Source: Octopus vulgaris
Lineage: Eukaryota
NCBI GenBank assembly: GCA_951406725.2
Contig: OX597820.1
Coordinates: 21,018,001 to 21,082,000 of the forward strand
DNA: 64,000 nucleotides
Direction of reading: 5' to 3'
Position 1 is the stretch's first letter; each line of letters begins with the position of its first letter. A model generated the notes under the pieces. It saw only the letters and a program-made list of their open reading frames with translations. It was not told the origin of the DNA and ran no database searches. Shown piece by piece: positions 1 through 11,640 of this stretch. A program made the position numbers and the translations under genes.

Positions 1-413
1 TCTTTACTACCCACAAGGGACTAAACACAGAGAGGACAAACAAGGACAGACAAACGGATTAAGTCAATTATATCGACTCCAGTGCGTAACTGGTACTTAA
101 TTTATCGACCCCAAAAGGATGAAAGACAAAGTTGACATCGGTGGAATTTGAACTCAGAATGTAAAGACATACAAAATACCTATTTCTATTTCTTTACTAC
201 CCACAAGGGGCTAAACACAGAGAGGACAAACAAGGACAGACAAACGCATTAAGTCGATTATATCGACCCCAGTAACTGGTACTTATTTAATCCACCCCGA
301 AAGGATGAAAGGCAAAGTCGACCTCGGCGGAATTTGAACTCAGAACGTAACGGCAGACGAAATACCGCTAAGCATTTTGCCTGGCGCGCTAATGTTTCTG
401 CCAGCTCGCCGCC
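1..413 (-). mobile_element. tRNA-derived SINE family B, tandem dimer (full unit followed by a head-less unit)
   Basis: Reverse strand reads ggcggcgagctggcagaaac...ctgagttcaaattccgccgaggtcgactttgcctttcatcctttcggggt...gtagtaaagaaatag, and the body then repeats. It has A-box-like TGGCAGAA and B-box GAGTTCAAATTC, and there are more than 10 similar copies in the window. Confidence 0.85.
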
Positions 414-875
414 TAGTGGCACAGTAAAGATTTTTAAGACATTCCAAACATTCTCTATCTGAGATTCTTCATCAATAACTCAACCAACACACCAACTCAA
501 CTACATATTTACAGACACCAAGAAATCTCTTAATTCAAAACGTCTTATCGCTTTGTTGGCGACCGGCTTGAACTCCCTTCAGAACTCAGAGAAAAATCAT
601 ACGTACATACATATGTAATCCATTAAAACCCTTTAAGGAAGTGCCACAGCTTAGTCATAATCCAAATGGCTGAATTCAGTAAAAGAATCAAAGAATCTAT
701 TCTAAGTGTGGTAATACTGTTGCGCAAACCACATTGTTTAAACAGCTGAGAATCTCTCATGGTCGCTCAGTCTGCTAGACATAACAGCCAGACATCCCTC
801 AACTTAGCCTATATCAACTTTAAGAAAATAAACTATTTATTGAAAAAAGAAATTTAGAAGCATCTGGAAAAAATT

Positions 876-1035
876 ACGGGCTGTGTGGTAAAAAGCTTAC
901 TTCCCAACCACATTGTTCCAGGTTCAACCCCACTGTGTGGCACCTGGGGCAGGTGTTTTCTACTATAACCTCAGGCCGACCTGAACTTTGAGAGTGAATT
1001 TGGTAGGTGGAAACTGAAAGAAGCTCCTCATGTAT

Positions 1036-1072
<37 letters not shown>

Positions 1073-1300
1073 CGTGCGTGTGTATGTGTTTGTCCACCAC
1101 CACTACTTGACAACTGGTGTTGATGTGTTTAGATTCCCCGTAACCTAGCGGTTCGGCAAAAGGGACCGGCAGAATAAGTGCCAGACTTTAAAAAAAAAAC
1201 ATAAGTACTGAGGTCGATTTATTCGACAAAAATTCTTCAAGACGTTGCCCCAGCATGGCCACAGTCAAATGACTGAAACAAGTAAAAGGAATAATAAAAG
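876..1300 (+). mobile_element. tRNA-derived SINE family A (CORE-like, internal (TA/TG)n)
   Basis: ggctgtgtggtaa A box, ggttcaaccc B box, gcacctggggcaggtgt core-like motif, internal (TG)n and tail cagcatggccacagtcaaatgactgaaacaagtaaaag. Confidence 0.8.
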
Positions 1301-1524
1301 ACAGGACGATCACAGCTGAACGGCTTTTAATCATGTCCCATCCATCAGTCGACAGGGGACAAAACAACAATCAGCTCACCATGCATTTTTACATGATATA
1401 TAATTCTTATTTGACAGTTATAAATATACACAAATGATAATGGCTTGTATCACGGTGCTAACTCCTACATGCACATCTATTTTTATGCTATATAATAACT
1501 AGAATACCAATAACGTGTGGGTTA

Positions 1525-1918
1525 TCTATATATATAAAGCTGAAGTTGTCTGTGTGTGTGTGGCAGGTTTGGTAGCCTTCAACTAACACTATCTCCTCGG
1601 AGACCCTGCGGCGCAAGTTGACCAAAATTGAGAGTATGATAGAAGAAGGCTTGCTCTTCATTCCGTAGAAGAAAAAATTCAAATCAGACCATGTTAATAC
1701 CTAAAATTATTTACATCAAAAAGGTGTTTTTTTTCTATGAAAATCCCTATTTTTTAAGATTCTTTGACTGCTGTGTCACCATTTTTTGGTGTATTTCAAC
1801 CAGAAAAATGTTCACTTAAAGAGAATAACAAGCTACATAATTCGTAATGTTTACTTTTCAAAAATTCCAATTCTAAAGGGTCGAAACAAACCCGAGCAAC
1901 GCCGGGCAATACTGCTAG
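1525..1918 (+). mobile_element. non-autonomous Helitron (family 1)
   Basis: A|TCTATATATATAAA 5' end, subterminal hairpin cccgagcaacgccggg, CTAG|T 3' end and no TSD. A second copy lies at 45373-45714 (-). Confidence 0.85.
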
Positions 1919-2048
1919 TAAATAAATAAAGTTTGATTTGTATTAGTGTAGTCTCGTTGAGAAACTGGACTCCTATGAAGGCCTTATCGTTAGCTAACCG
2001 GTCTTGATGTTACCTAATAATTTGTCAGGATTCGCTTAGATATATGAA

Positions 2049-2214
2049 TATTTATTTATTCATAACCACAACGTATAATTACTCCAATAACTGCTGTCTG
2101 GCTGTCAATCTTGTATTCATTATATGAGTTGTAGACCAACAAGTGTTTACATTTTAATAAGTACCTCATTTACAGTGCAGTCTTAAATATAATGCCACCT
2201 CACTTTAAGAACCT
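2049..2214. repeat. ~166-bp segment whose inverted copy lies at 3012-3177
   Basis: Reverse-complement match with only scattered mismatches. Confidence 0.9.
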
Positions 2215-2487
2215 AAAAGACCACCTCTCCGACTTTGTTTAAATATAACTTTCTGAAAAACGTATACTTTTAAATGAACGTTTCAAGAAGATTTAGGGTT
2301 ATATGGAATTTGTTGTAGAAACTTTTATCGGGAGAGTGAAGAAAAGTTTAGGATAATGCACACACCTCGACTTTATTTCTTCATACGTTTTAATGAGATA
2401 AGTGAATTATCCACCCTCCCCTTCGTCTTTTATTTTCCACATCAAATTCGAACAAAACCACAATTTACACACACCATCTGAAATGTA

Positions 2488-2990
2488 CAGTTCCGTATTT
2501 AAAAGATGAGGAATTATGTACATTATTTACATTTGACGAGTATTTGTCCTCATCTTGTTTAACACAACGTTTCGGCTGATATACCCTCCAGCCTTCATCA
2601 TGTATCTTGGAGAAATTTCGAACCTGGGTTCTCATTCATAAGGTATTTTTCGCTGTTACTATCATTATTATTATTATTGGTACTACTTAAGAAGAGTGGT
2701 CCCGCTGAGCGCACTCGTGCATCCGCGCTAGATAGTCGTGACTAGTCGATCGTGTTTTTGTGTTTTATTTACTTTGTTTAAAAAAAATTATTTACTTTGT
2801 GAAAAAAATTATTTATTTTGTGTTTTACTTACTTTACTAGGTGGTCGTTGTAGGATCGACTAGTCACGACTAGCTAGCGCGAGTACGCGCATCGGTACCA
2901 CTCTTCTTATGTAGTACCATTGTTATTATTATTCAGGTCACTACGAACTCGGAATCTTAGGGTTAGTAGCCCACTACGCCATATACCCGT
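2488..2990 (-). mobile_element. tRNA-headed element E with hammerhead-like tail, interrupted by a MITE
   Basis: Reverse complement of 3184-3420. Contains (A)UGAUGAAGGCUG...CAGCCGAAACGUUGUGUU, with the core C mutated in this copy. Confidence 0.8.
2679..2918. mobile_element. MITE with long imperfect TIRs, apparent 3-bp ATT TSD
   Basis: ggtactacttaagaagagtggtccc ... gtaccactcttcttatgtagtacc, with inner IR tagtcgtgactagtcgatc/gatcgactagtcacgacta and ATT on both sides. Confidence 0.85.
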
Positions 2991-3183
2991 GGGCATATGG
3001 CGTAATGGTCAAGGTTCTTAAAATGAGGTGGCATTATATTTAAGACTGCACTGTAAATGAGGTACTTATTAAAATGTAAACACATGTTAGTGTACAACTC
3101 ATATAATGAATACAAGATTGACAGTCAGACAGCAGTTATTGGAGTAATTATACTTTGTGGTTGTGAATAAATAAATAGCAAAC

Positions 3184-3420
3184 GGGCATATGGCGTAGTG
3201 GTTAAGAGCGCGGGCTACTAACCCCAAGATTCCGAGTTCGATTCCAAGCAGTGACCTGAATAATAATAACAACAACAACGAAAAATATCTTAGGGGTGAG
3301 AACCCAGGTTCCAAATTTCCCCAAGATACCTGATGAAGTCTTGAGGATACATCAGCCGAAACGTTGTGTTAACAACAAACAAGATGAGGACAAATATCCA
3401 TCAAATGTAAATAATGTACA
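3184..3420 (+). mobile_element. tRNA-headed element E with hammerhead-like tail
   Basis: A box tggcgtagtgg, anticodon-like loop ctactaa, B box gagttcgattcc, (AAT/AAC)n linker, then cctgatgaag...cagccgaaacgttgtgtt. Confidence 0.8.
3325..3370 (+). ncRNA. putative minimal type I hammerhead ribozyme (Penelope-type)
   Basis: Consensus of three copies: stem I GACAC/GUGUU, core CUGAUGA, stem II GGCUG/CAGCC, GAAA, palindromic ACGU mini stem III and GUU site. Stem II is mutated in this particular copy. Confidence 0.55.
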
Positions 3421-3750
3421 TCTGAAACCATATTTGTAGAAAAATTTATGATTTGAGCTCAAATACTGGCGATTCATTGGTTAAAATTCGAAGAATTAAA
3501 CTACGTTAAACTTACAAATTACAAATTTATCAAAAAAGCCAAGTGAAAACAATGTTTTCTTTTGACACTTCAAATTGTTTAGTTAACTAGAAATTGGGTT
3601 GAATTCTGTCTATCTAAAGGAAAAGATCCAAATTTATTAAAAAACATCCATTTTTTCAAAAAGGTATGAGGAAACAAATTGAAGTATGTAAGTTATCGAA
3701 AACTCCTCTCCACTCTTCTGGCGAAAATATTTTTCACAACAAATTCCGAT

Positions 3751-4167
3751 AGGTGCAGGAGTGGCTGTGTGGTAAGTAGCTTGCTAACCAACCACATGGT
3801 TCTGGGTTCAATCCACTGCGTGGCATCTTGGGCAAGTGTCTTCTGCTATAGGCCCGGGCCGACCAATGCCTTATGAGTGGATTTGGTAGACGGAAACTGA
3901 AAGAAGCCTGTCGTATATATATATATATATAAATGTATGTGTGTGTGTGTTTGTGTGTCTGTGTTTGTCCCCTAGCATTGCTTGACAACCGATGCTGGTG
4001 TGTGTTTACGTCCCCGTCACTTAGCGGTTCGGCAAAAGAGACCGATATAATAAGTACTGGGCTTACAAAAAATAAGTCTCGGGGTCGATTTGCTCGACTA
4101 AAGGTGGTGCTCCAGCATGGCCGCAGTCAAATGACTGAAACAAGTAAAAGAGTAAAGAGAAAAGAGT
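3751..4167 (+). mobile_element. SINE family A
   Basis: Full head, internal (TA)n(TG)n, 3' half and (AAAAGAGT)-type tail. Confidence 0.9.
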
Positions 4168-4507
4168 ATATAATCTCTAATTTACACCATACAAAATGTA
4201 TCTCTAGAAAATTTCCTCAAAACAAATATGCATTTTTCAAAAAAAAGTTATAAAGAAACGAAGACGATGGTGAGTGACACACGTCTATAGTTATACCAAA
4301 TCGATAATATATTTTATTCTCTTTTTTTATTGATTGTTTTTTTTTCTTTCCCTTTTACGATCCTTTTTCATCGAAAACCTACCCCACTTTTTTCTTTTCT
4401 TTTCTCCCTAAAAAGAAAAGGTCTACTTTGTAATCTATTTCTTTACTGCCCACAAGGGGCTAAACACGTCCCGTCTGTGTGCAGCCCTGTGTGGCTAATA
4501 AAGAAAC

Positions 4508-4568
<61 letters not shown>

Positions 4569-4581
4569 ACTATCATGTTAC

Positions 4582-4726
4582 CCACGATTCTGACCCGGAT
4601 GTTTTGTATCAAATTCCTTGCCTTAACATGAGTAAATATGAGTCCAGTCATACATAAACAAATCGTTTTGAGGAGGGGTAAGCAGATCTTGATGAGACAG
4701 GTCGATTCAGTCCACAATTTTCAATA
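4582..4726 (-). other. candidate exon of an unidentified minus-strand transcript
   Basis: Strong polypyrimidine acceptor (ttttttttctctctaag) and donor TGG/GTAACA. One frame is open from an internal ATG (MTGLIFTHVKARNLIQNIRVRIV). No recognisable homology. Confidence 0.25.
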
Positions 4727-5917
4727 CTTAGAGAGAAAAAAAAACAACAAAAACATACGCTATTTACATGAAAACAGTATGAACTTTCAAAATAAAATCT
4801 ATTTTGTGTTGACAATCTAAATATGAAAGCTTCGTCTATGTATACTGACTGCGACTAGGGCCAATAAGAAGTTAGTTCACTAAGTACATAGGTCTGGAGC
4901 CCAGAGAACCAATGAGGGGCCGGTGAATATCTGTTGTTCCCCTTCCTCAAAAGTTAAAGACAACCCCCCCACAGTTACCTCTTCATTGCATCATCTTACA
5001 AAGGTTATCAAATAAGCAGTTTTTTGGGTGTATTTTTAGCTTTTTATTACTGGGACCTGCCTATCTTTTCAGTAAAATGAACAAGTGTACTTTCAACCTG
5101 GCTGCAGACCAGCGCTAGATTAATAATTAAGCAAAATAAGCACGTGCTCAGGACATCAAGAGAAGTATGTATGAGTTTGTGTGTGTGTTGGAAAAATCTA
5201 AGAAATGGTAAATGGTTTACGACACAAAAGAAATCATTTTAAACTTGTTAAAATAATATTCGAAGTGGTTTATATGATCGGAAATGTAATTTCGAAGTGT
5301 CTATGGTATCACAGTGAGGCTCTGATCAAAGATTTTACAATTAAAAAGATGTTGAAAACTTTTCAAATGTAAATAAAGTGGAAGTATACAAAATAACTAT
5401 TTTCTATCTTACTGTTAGTTTTGTTTCGTCTTGAGAAGCAAAAAATTCATTTTATGGTTTATTATTGTTAAGATTTTGAATAACATATATATATATGGGG
5501 CCACCAAAATCTATTAAGTTTTAGGGCCTTGCTGTAGACTAATGATTGAAACGAGTAAAAATAAATAACGAGATATAATAATATGTACATTTAAGTATGA
5601 CAACGCCTCACTTAAAACAGGTTTAACGTATTTATCAACACTCTTCCGAGACACTTGATTGAAATTTATACCTAACTTACGTTCGATTAGATTTAAATTT
5701 AAGTCACATCATACATCCGGAATTGTCTAAATTATGTTCAATAAACCAAAAGCTCCGCATACAAACAAACCTTCATAAAACAATAATTTAGGTTCCTTTA
5801 TTATATTCGTTCATTAATTTTCATTTCATCGACGGAAAGAGAAAGGTCGGCACATTAAGATCAAAATAGCCAGGATTTTCCTGGAAAGGGTCTTCGGTGT
5901 TTAAATCGCAAAATAAT

Positions 5918-6125
5918 AATCCTTTCTATTATAGGCACAAGGCCCGAAATTTTGAGGGAGGAGGCTAGTGATTACATCGACCCTCAGTGCCTAACTGGTA
6001 CTTATTTCATCGATCTCGATAGGATGAATTGCTAAGTCGACCTCGTCGGAATTTGAACGTAAAGACGGATGAAATGCCGCTAAGCCTCAAGTCCAGTGTG
6101 CTAACGATTCTGCCAGATTGCCACT
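5918..6125 (-). mobile_element. SINE family B (diverged)
   Basis: Reverse match to the B body and the ttgtgcctataatagaaagga tail. Confidence 0.7.
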
Positions 6126-6310
6126 TGAATTCGCAAAATAATGATAATAATAATGAAGTAAAATAATATATTGTTAATTAAATTGACCCCCACAGAATGC
6201 AAGGTAAAGTTGACCTCGACAGGATAAGAGTCCGAGAAATACCTCCGAAAACTTCTCCCGACCCTCAAACGATTCTCCCAATCTACCAGCCATGCATTTA
6301 AGTAATATAC

Positions 6311-6665
6311 TATTTTACTTCTTTCAGTCATTTAACTGCGCCCATGCTGGAGCACTGCCTTTAGTCGAGCAAATCGACCCCAGGACTTATTCTATCGGTC
6401 TCTCTTGCCGAACAGCTAAGTTACGGGGACGTAAACACACCAGCATCGGTTGTCAAGCGATGTTGGAGGTGGGGACATACACAGACACACAAACACATAT
6501 ATACATATATAGACGGGCTTCTTTCAGTTTCCGTCTACCAAATCCACTCACAAGGCTTTGGTCGACCCGAGGCTATAGAAGACACTTGCCCAAAGTGCCA
6601 CGCAGTGGGACTGAACCCGGGACCATGTGGTTGGTAAGCAACCTACTTACCACACAGCCACTCTT
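6311..6665 (-). mobile_element. SINE family A
   Basis: Reverse complement of the family A consensus. Confidence 0.85.
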
Positions 6666-7316
6666 TCTACAAGAATAACAGGATGGGTGTGCAAATTTAA
6701 AATGTTATGTCATGTCACTATCTTTATGACTCCCTCATTGGACGGATTTCACGCCGATTTTGGATCCTACGTTCTCAGACCTCCGAAGAGCACAGCCCCC
6801 CACCACATTGTAAATTTTCTCTCGGAGGTCCCACGGGCAACATATATTTTTAATTAGAATAAGTGAAGTACAACAAATAGGTTTCGATTGAGAAAATATT
6901 TGAGTTTGTAGGTGTTAATTCGGGTGGTACAATAGTTTTGCTCGGTTTATTTGAACAATCGATTTTTTCTCATATAAAATTAGAAAAAAAAAAGAATTAA
7001 GTATTAACTATAGTATATATTTAAAACTATTTTGAATAATAAACGATAAATCAATGAAAAGTAAATATACAAAAGTTGCTGTTGCTGTTTAACACCAGGT
7101 CAGACCTAACCGAAAATCTCTATGATCATAGGCATGCCAAATTTACCATCCCGTTTCATTTCCAGCCAAAGGAGTATTTTAGGACTATATTAACTAATGT
7201 TCTCCGTCGAAGGGAATTTGGTCGCTATTTCTAGCAGATCGATGCTTGTCCGTTGACTTATTTATTAAAGATAAACTAGAAATGTTATTGGAAAACACAA
7301 TCCTGTATTTGATAAT

Positions 7317-7561
7317 CAGGGGAAGATCCAGGAATTTTTTGCGGGATGTTGCACGAAAGTTTTTTGGGGGTGTTGCACTCTAGCGGGCAGGTCGGGCAAT
7401 ACCTAGTAGGTCCGGCAACTCCTATTCTAGTAAGAGTTGACTCTTATTTCCTTGACTGTTGCCTGAAAAATTTTGGTCCTGATTTTTTTTTTTTTGGTGT
7501 CGGTTCGGCTAGAAAGGGTGTTGCCCGGGCAACTAAAGCAACACCCCTGCATCCGCCACTG
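7317..7561. mobile_element. hAT-like MITE with 5-bp TSD (ATAAT)
   Basis: CAGGGGAAGATCCAGG ... CCTGCATCCGCCACTG termini, with ATAAT immediately before (7312-7316) and after (7562-7566). Confidence 0.7.
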
Positions 7562-7620
7562 ATAATATCTTAAAAGGGTTCAATTGCTAATCCCGCATTG
7601 ACTCAATATTATGAATATGC

Positions 7621-7827
7621 AAGGTGGCGAGCAGACAGAAACGTTAGCACGCCAGGCGAAATGCTTAGCAGTATTTCGTCTGTCTTTACCTTTCTGAGTT
7701 CAAATTCCGCCGAGGTCGACTTTGCCTTTCGTCCTTTCAAGATCGACAAATTAAGTACCAGTTGCATACTGGGTCGATCTAATCGACTGGCCCTTCCCTC
7801 CCCTAAAATTTTGGGTAGAAAAGAATA
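7621..7827 (+). mobile_element. SINE family B
   Basis: Head and body match, and flanking sequence aatatga(a/g)tatgc is duplicated on both sides. Confidence 0.8.
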
Positions 7828-9099
7828 TGAGTATGCGCATTGTGATTAGCTTCGCATTTTCGATCCCAATGCAATGCAAGACTCGGATCGCCACAAGTCT
7901 TGTGGGAGACATAGGGTGGACGGTGTGGAAGCCAAAACAAATGCAAAATAAATCTCTAAATTTCTTCCAGCCACATGAAGTTTTTCGACTTTTTAAAATC
8001 CAAAATAATTACACACACTATATCTATTTTCCCTTTAAAAAAAAAGTGTTAATACAGTTTTGTTGGTGAACTCAGAGCCTAATTAAAACTATGTTGGAAT
8101 AATAAGCGAAAATTACTACTCTAGTTTAATAACGGTGGATTGGTGGAATCGTTTAGGAATCGGACGATAGTAATTCAGTATTTTCCTGGGTTCAAAACCT
8201 ACCGGTGTCAACTTTGTCTTTTCAGTGTCGTTAAAGACAAGTCAAGAATTAGGGTTGGTTTATAACCCCATAATGCATCCTAAATATGAATAGAATTACA
8301 ATAATTCTTTCCATTATAGATACAGGTCTGGAATTTGAGGGAAGGGACCAGTCGATTACGTCGACCCCCAGTTCTGATACTTTATCGACCGAACCCCAAT
8401 TATTTCATTTACAATTTGTTGGTAGTAGTTAACAACCCATAAATATTTTGATAAGTAGACAACTTCCAATGACGCAAGCTTGTCACAATATTTATGACAA
8501 GATATAGAGTAATACACAATAATATTTGTGTGAGTGTGTGAGAGAGAAGGAAAAATGGCATAATTAGTCACACACACACGAATAAAGTGTGAAAGTGGAA
8601 AAGTAGAATGATTAATAGAAATGGGAGGATATGAAAAGAGAGAAATTTAAACAGAAAGAGAATGAAAGAGAGATCTGATAAAACATTAAATGGATTGAAA
8701 TTTCACTACGAAATAAATAATTCACTTGAGATAATACAATTGATTTCATAAATAACTCGTTTAATTGAAATTTCTAAAACTGATTAAGTAAATGAGTGGT
8801 TTCTTTAAAATGTTATTATCGATTGCTTAAACAAATAACTTGCGATAAAAGATCTGGGTGTAAGATTGAGCTTTGAAATAACTATTTTTAACAGGAAGGA
8901 AACGAGAAATTTTAGGGTAATGGTTACTTCGGTCAAACTGCCCCCAGTACTTGACAAGTGCTTTTGTTTTATTGACCCGGCCGGGGGAAATGAAAAGTAA
9001 AGTTGAGTTATGAAAATAATGCAAGTTAAATATACGTGTTATTGTTTTTTACGCTTTAAAAAAAAAACTTTTTGTTCCTTTCCATATATGAGAAAAAAA

Positions 9100-10300
9100 A
9101 ATGACAAATGAAATTGCAAAGCGGGCGTCATTTTAGCCTGAAGGGGTAAAGTGACAGAAGTTAGTGGCTCCTGACTTTTGAGGTCATAATTGTTGTCACT
9201 GGAGCAACAAAGAAAATGCCTCCAGCAAGTAATAAGAAGAATGAGAGAAGAAAGGACTACAAACGTAGTTGACTTGATAGCAAAACTTTTTTTCTACTTT
9301 CGACGTCCGATTCATAAACGACTGAAAACACCCGAAAGTTTTCTTTTTTCTCAATCGGATTTGTTTTGATTTTTAAAAAAACTTTCCTGTGTATTTTTTC
9401 TAAGAGTAAGGAGCTGATAACTGAAAACAAAAGGATAAGTGAAAGTTCAAAAGAAAAAGGGGGATATGTTGAAAAGTATTAACTTACTTGGATGTATATA
9501 TTTTAAATGTCCCTGGACTTGGAAAAAAAAAGTATAACAATAATTCGGTGACAAGGAATTTCGAGTAAAACCTGGCAACATTCACTGTTGAAACTAAACA
9601 ACTTGTTGACAGCTGTGACTTAGCCGCGAGATGTCGCCTCAGTACGTCAACGTCCCGGGTGGGTGCAGACGAAAGAGGAGGTCGCACTTGGGACACAGAA
9701 ACAAACTATTAAAAAGTTTTCAAACTTTTCCAAAACAAATACAACTCAACCAAAATTAATTGTACTTTACGTAATATAAAAGCATTTAATTACTAAGTCG
9801 AATAATATTCTACTTAATCATTTATTTTGTCAAAGACTGATTTCCAATAGAGCATATTATATAAACAATCTAATCGATTATGCCATATCGATAGATTTTA
9901 ATACATCTATTTGCGTAATATATTTTACTTTTAAAAAAAATCCATATATTTTAGTTTGTTACGTTTTTCTCTCTACGGTTTAACGCCTAGTCCAAATTCT
10001 GATAGTTGTAAATAAAACAAACTAACTATACATTCCGTTTAAGCTATATTTGCGATCGATTGATATATCTATATATTCTTTTATATATTTTGTCTCTCTC
10101 CTGACCCACTATGAAAATAATTTTCTACGTGACATTAGAAAAATGAAATGGGATTTTCTCTTATTTCCTCATTTATTTATTTCGCCTAAGAAACCCGTCT
10201 AAAGCTGACAATATACTAGACACTATAATTTACAATCAGGGAGTCGAAACAGGTTTGTTTTACTCCCAGACAGGCTTCAAGTTACAACGACGGTAAAAGC
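9100..10300. promoter_or_regulatory. putative CpG-retaining promoter / first-exon region
   Basis: Repeat-free with many CpGs (e.g. 9620-9690), GGACTACA near 9254, CCAAT near 9844, TATCGATA at 9886-9893 and a minus-strand donor CAA/GTAAGT near 9488. Confidence 0.35.
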
Positions 10301-10515
10301 GGCGACCTGGCAGACACGTTAACGCGTTGGACAAAACGCCGAAGGGCATTTCTTCTGGTTCCGTACGATCTCAGTTCAAATTCCGCCGTGGTCGACTTTG
10401 CCTTTTATCCATTCAGGATCAACAAAAAAAAGTGCAAATTAAAAACTGTGATCGATATAATCGACTCGTCTCCTTCCTACCAACTTTCAGGCCGTATGCC
10501 TATAGTTAAAAGATA
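10298..10515 (+). mobile_element. SINE family B (diverged)
   Basis: gcggcgacctggcagacacg...cagttcaaattccgccgtggtcgactttgcc. Confidence 0.7.
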
Positions 10516-11204
10516 TTACAGCTGCTGTAGAGTCTCACATATACATAACACAGTGAATTTTGAAAAAACTTTGATTTTTTAAGATTATCCGTGTAGTTAG
10601 GTGTATAAAAATTCACTCTAGGAGTATTTAAATCTGAAATAACAAATATAGTTAATTGAGATAGCTGAAAAAAATAAAAAATACAGTAATTGGAGCAGAT
10701 CTAAAAACCTTCGTGATTTTATTGGAGTTATTTCCCTTGAATCTTTTTTTTAGGTTTTATTCGCTCCTAGAGGGAATTTTTGTTCACTAATAATATGGGT
10801 AATCTTACTTGATTAAAGGTTTCTAAATTACTGTATTATGTACGCAACACCCTGCCATCATCATTCTTTAATGTTCGTTTTCCATGGTGGTATGGGTAAG
10901 CAAGTTTGACCAGAACTGGCAAGCCGGAGTATGGCACCAGATTCCAGTCTGACTTGGTTTGGTTTCTACGGTTTCTAATGCCAACCCCTTTACAGTGTGT
11001 GTGTGTGGATTTAGAATACAGAATGCTTCTCTGATTATGCTCCACCACAGCCATATTGATGACTGTATCAGTGGTTCTCAATCGGGATTCATATGGCATT
11101 TAAGAGGAGGGGAGGGGTCCACATAAGATTTTGTAGTTAAAATTTGTTATACTTCTACCATACACAAAATATTTAATTTTTTTTTATGCACTTCCTAAAT
11201 ATAA

Positions 11205-11365
11205 TTATAGGAGTGGCTGTGTGGTAAGTATCTTGTTTACCAGCCACATGGTTCTGAGTTCATTCCCACTGCGTGGCACCTTGGGCAAGTGTCTTCTGCT
11301 ATAGCCTTGGGCCGACCAAAGCCTTGTGAGTGGATTTGGTTGACGGAAACTGAAAGAAGCCCGTC

Positions 11366-11417
<52 letters not shown>

Positions 11418-11640
11418 GTGTGTTTGTGTTTGTTCGTCCCCCAACCATCGCTTGGCAACTGATGCTGGTGTGTTAACGCCCTCGTAACTTAGCGATTTAG
11501 CAAAAGAGACAGATAGCATAAGTACTAGGCTTACAAAGAATAAGTCCTGGGGGGTCGATTTGTTCGACTAAGGGCAGTGCTCCAGCATGGCTGCAGCCAA
11601 ATGACTGAAACAAGTAAAAGAATAAAACAATAAAAGAATA
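11205..11640 (+). mobile_element. SINE family A
   Basis: Full-length match with internal (TA)n. Confidence 0.9.

Noticed and set aside
3679-4253. Recurring ORFs such as ASFSFRLPNPLTRLWSA and EDTCPRCHAVGLNPEPCGW
   Set aside because: They are translations of SINE A copies, not a gene family.
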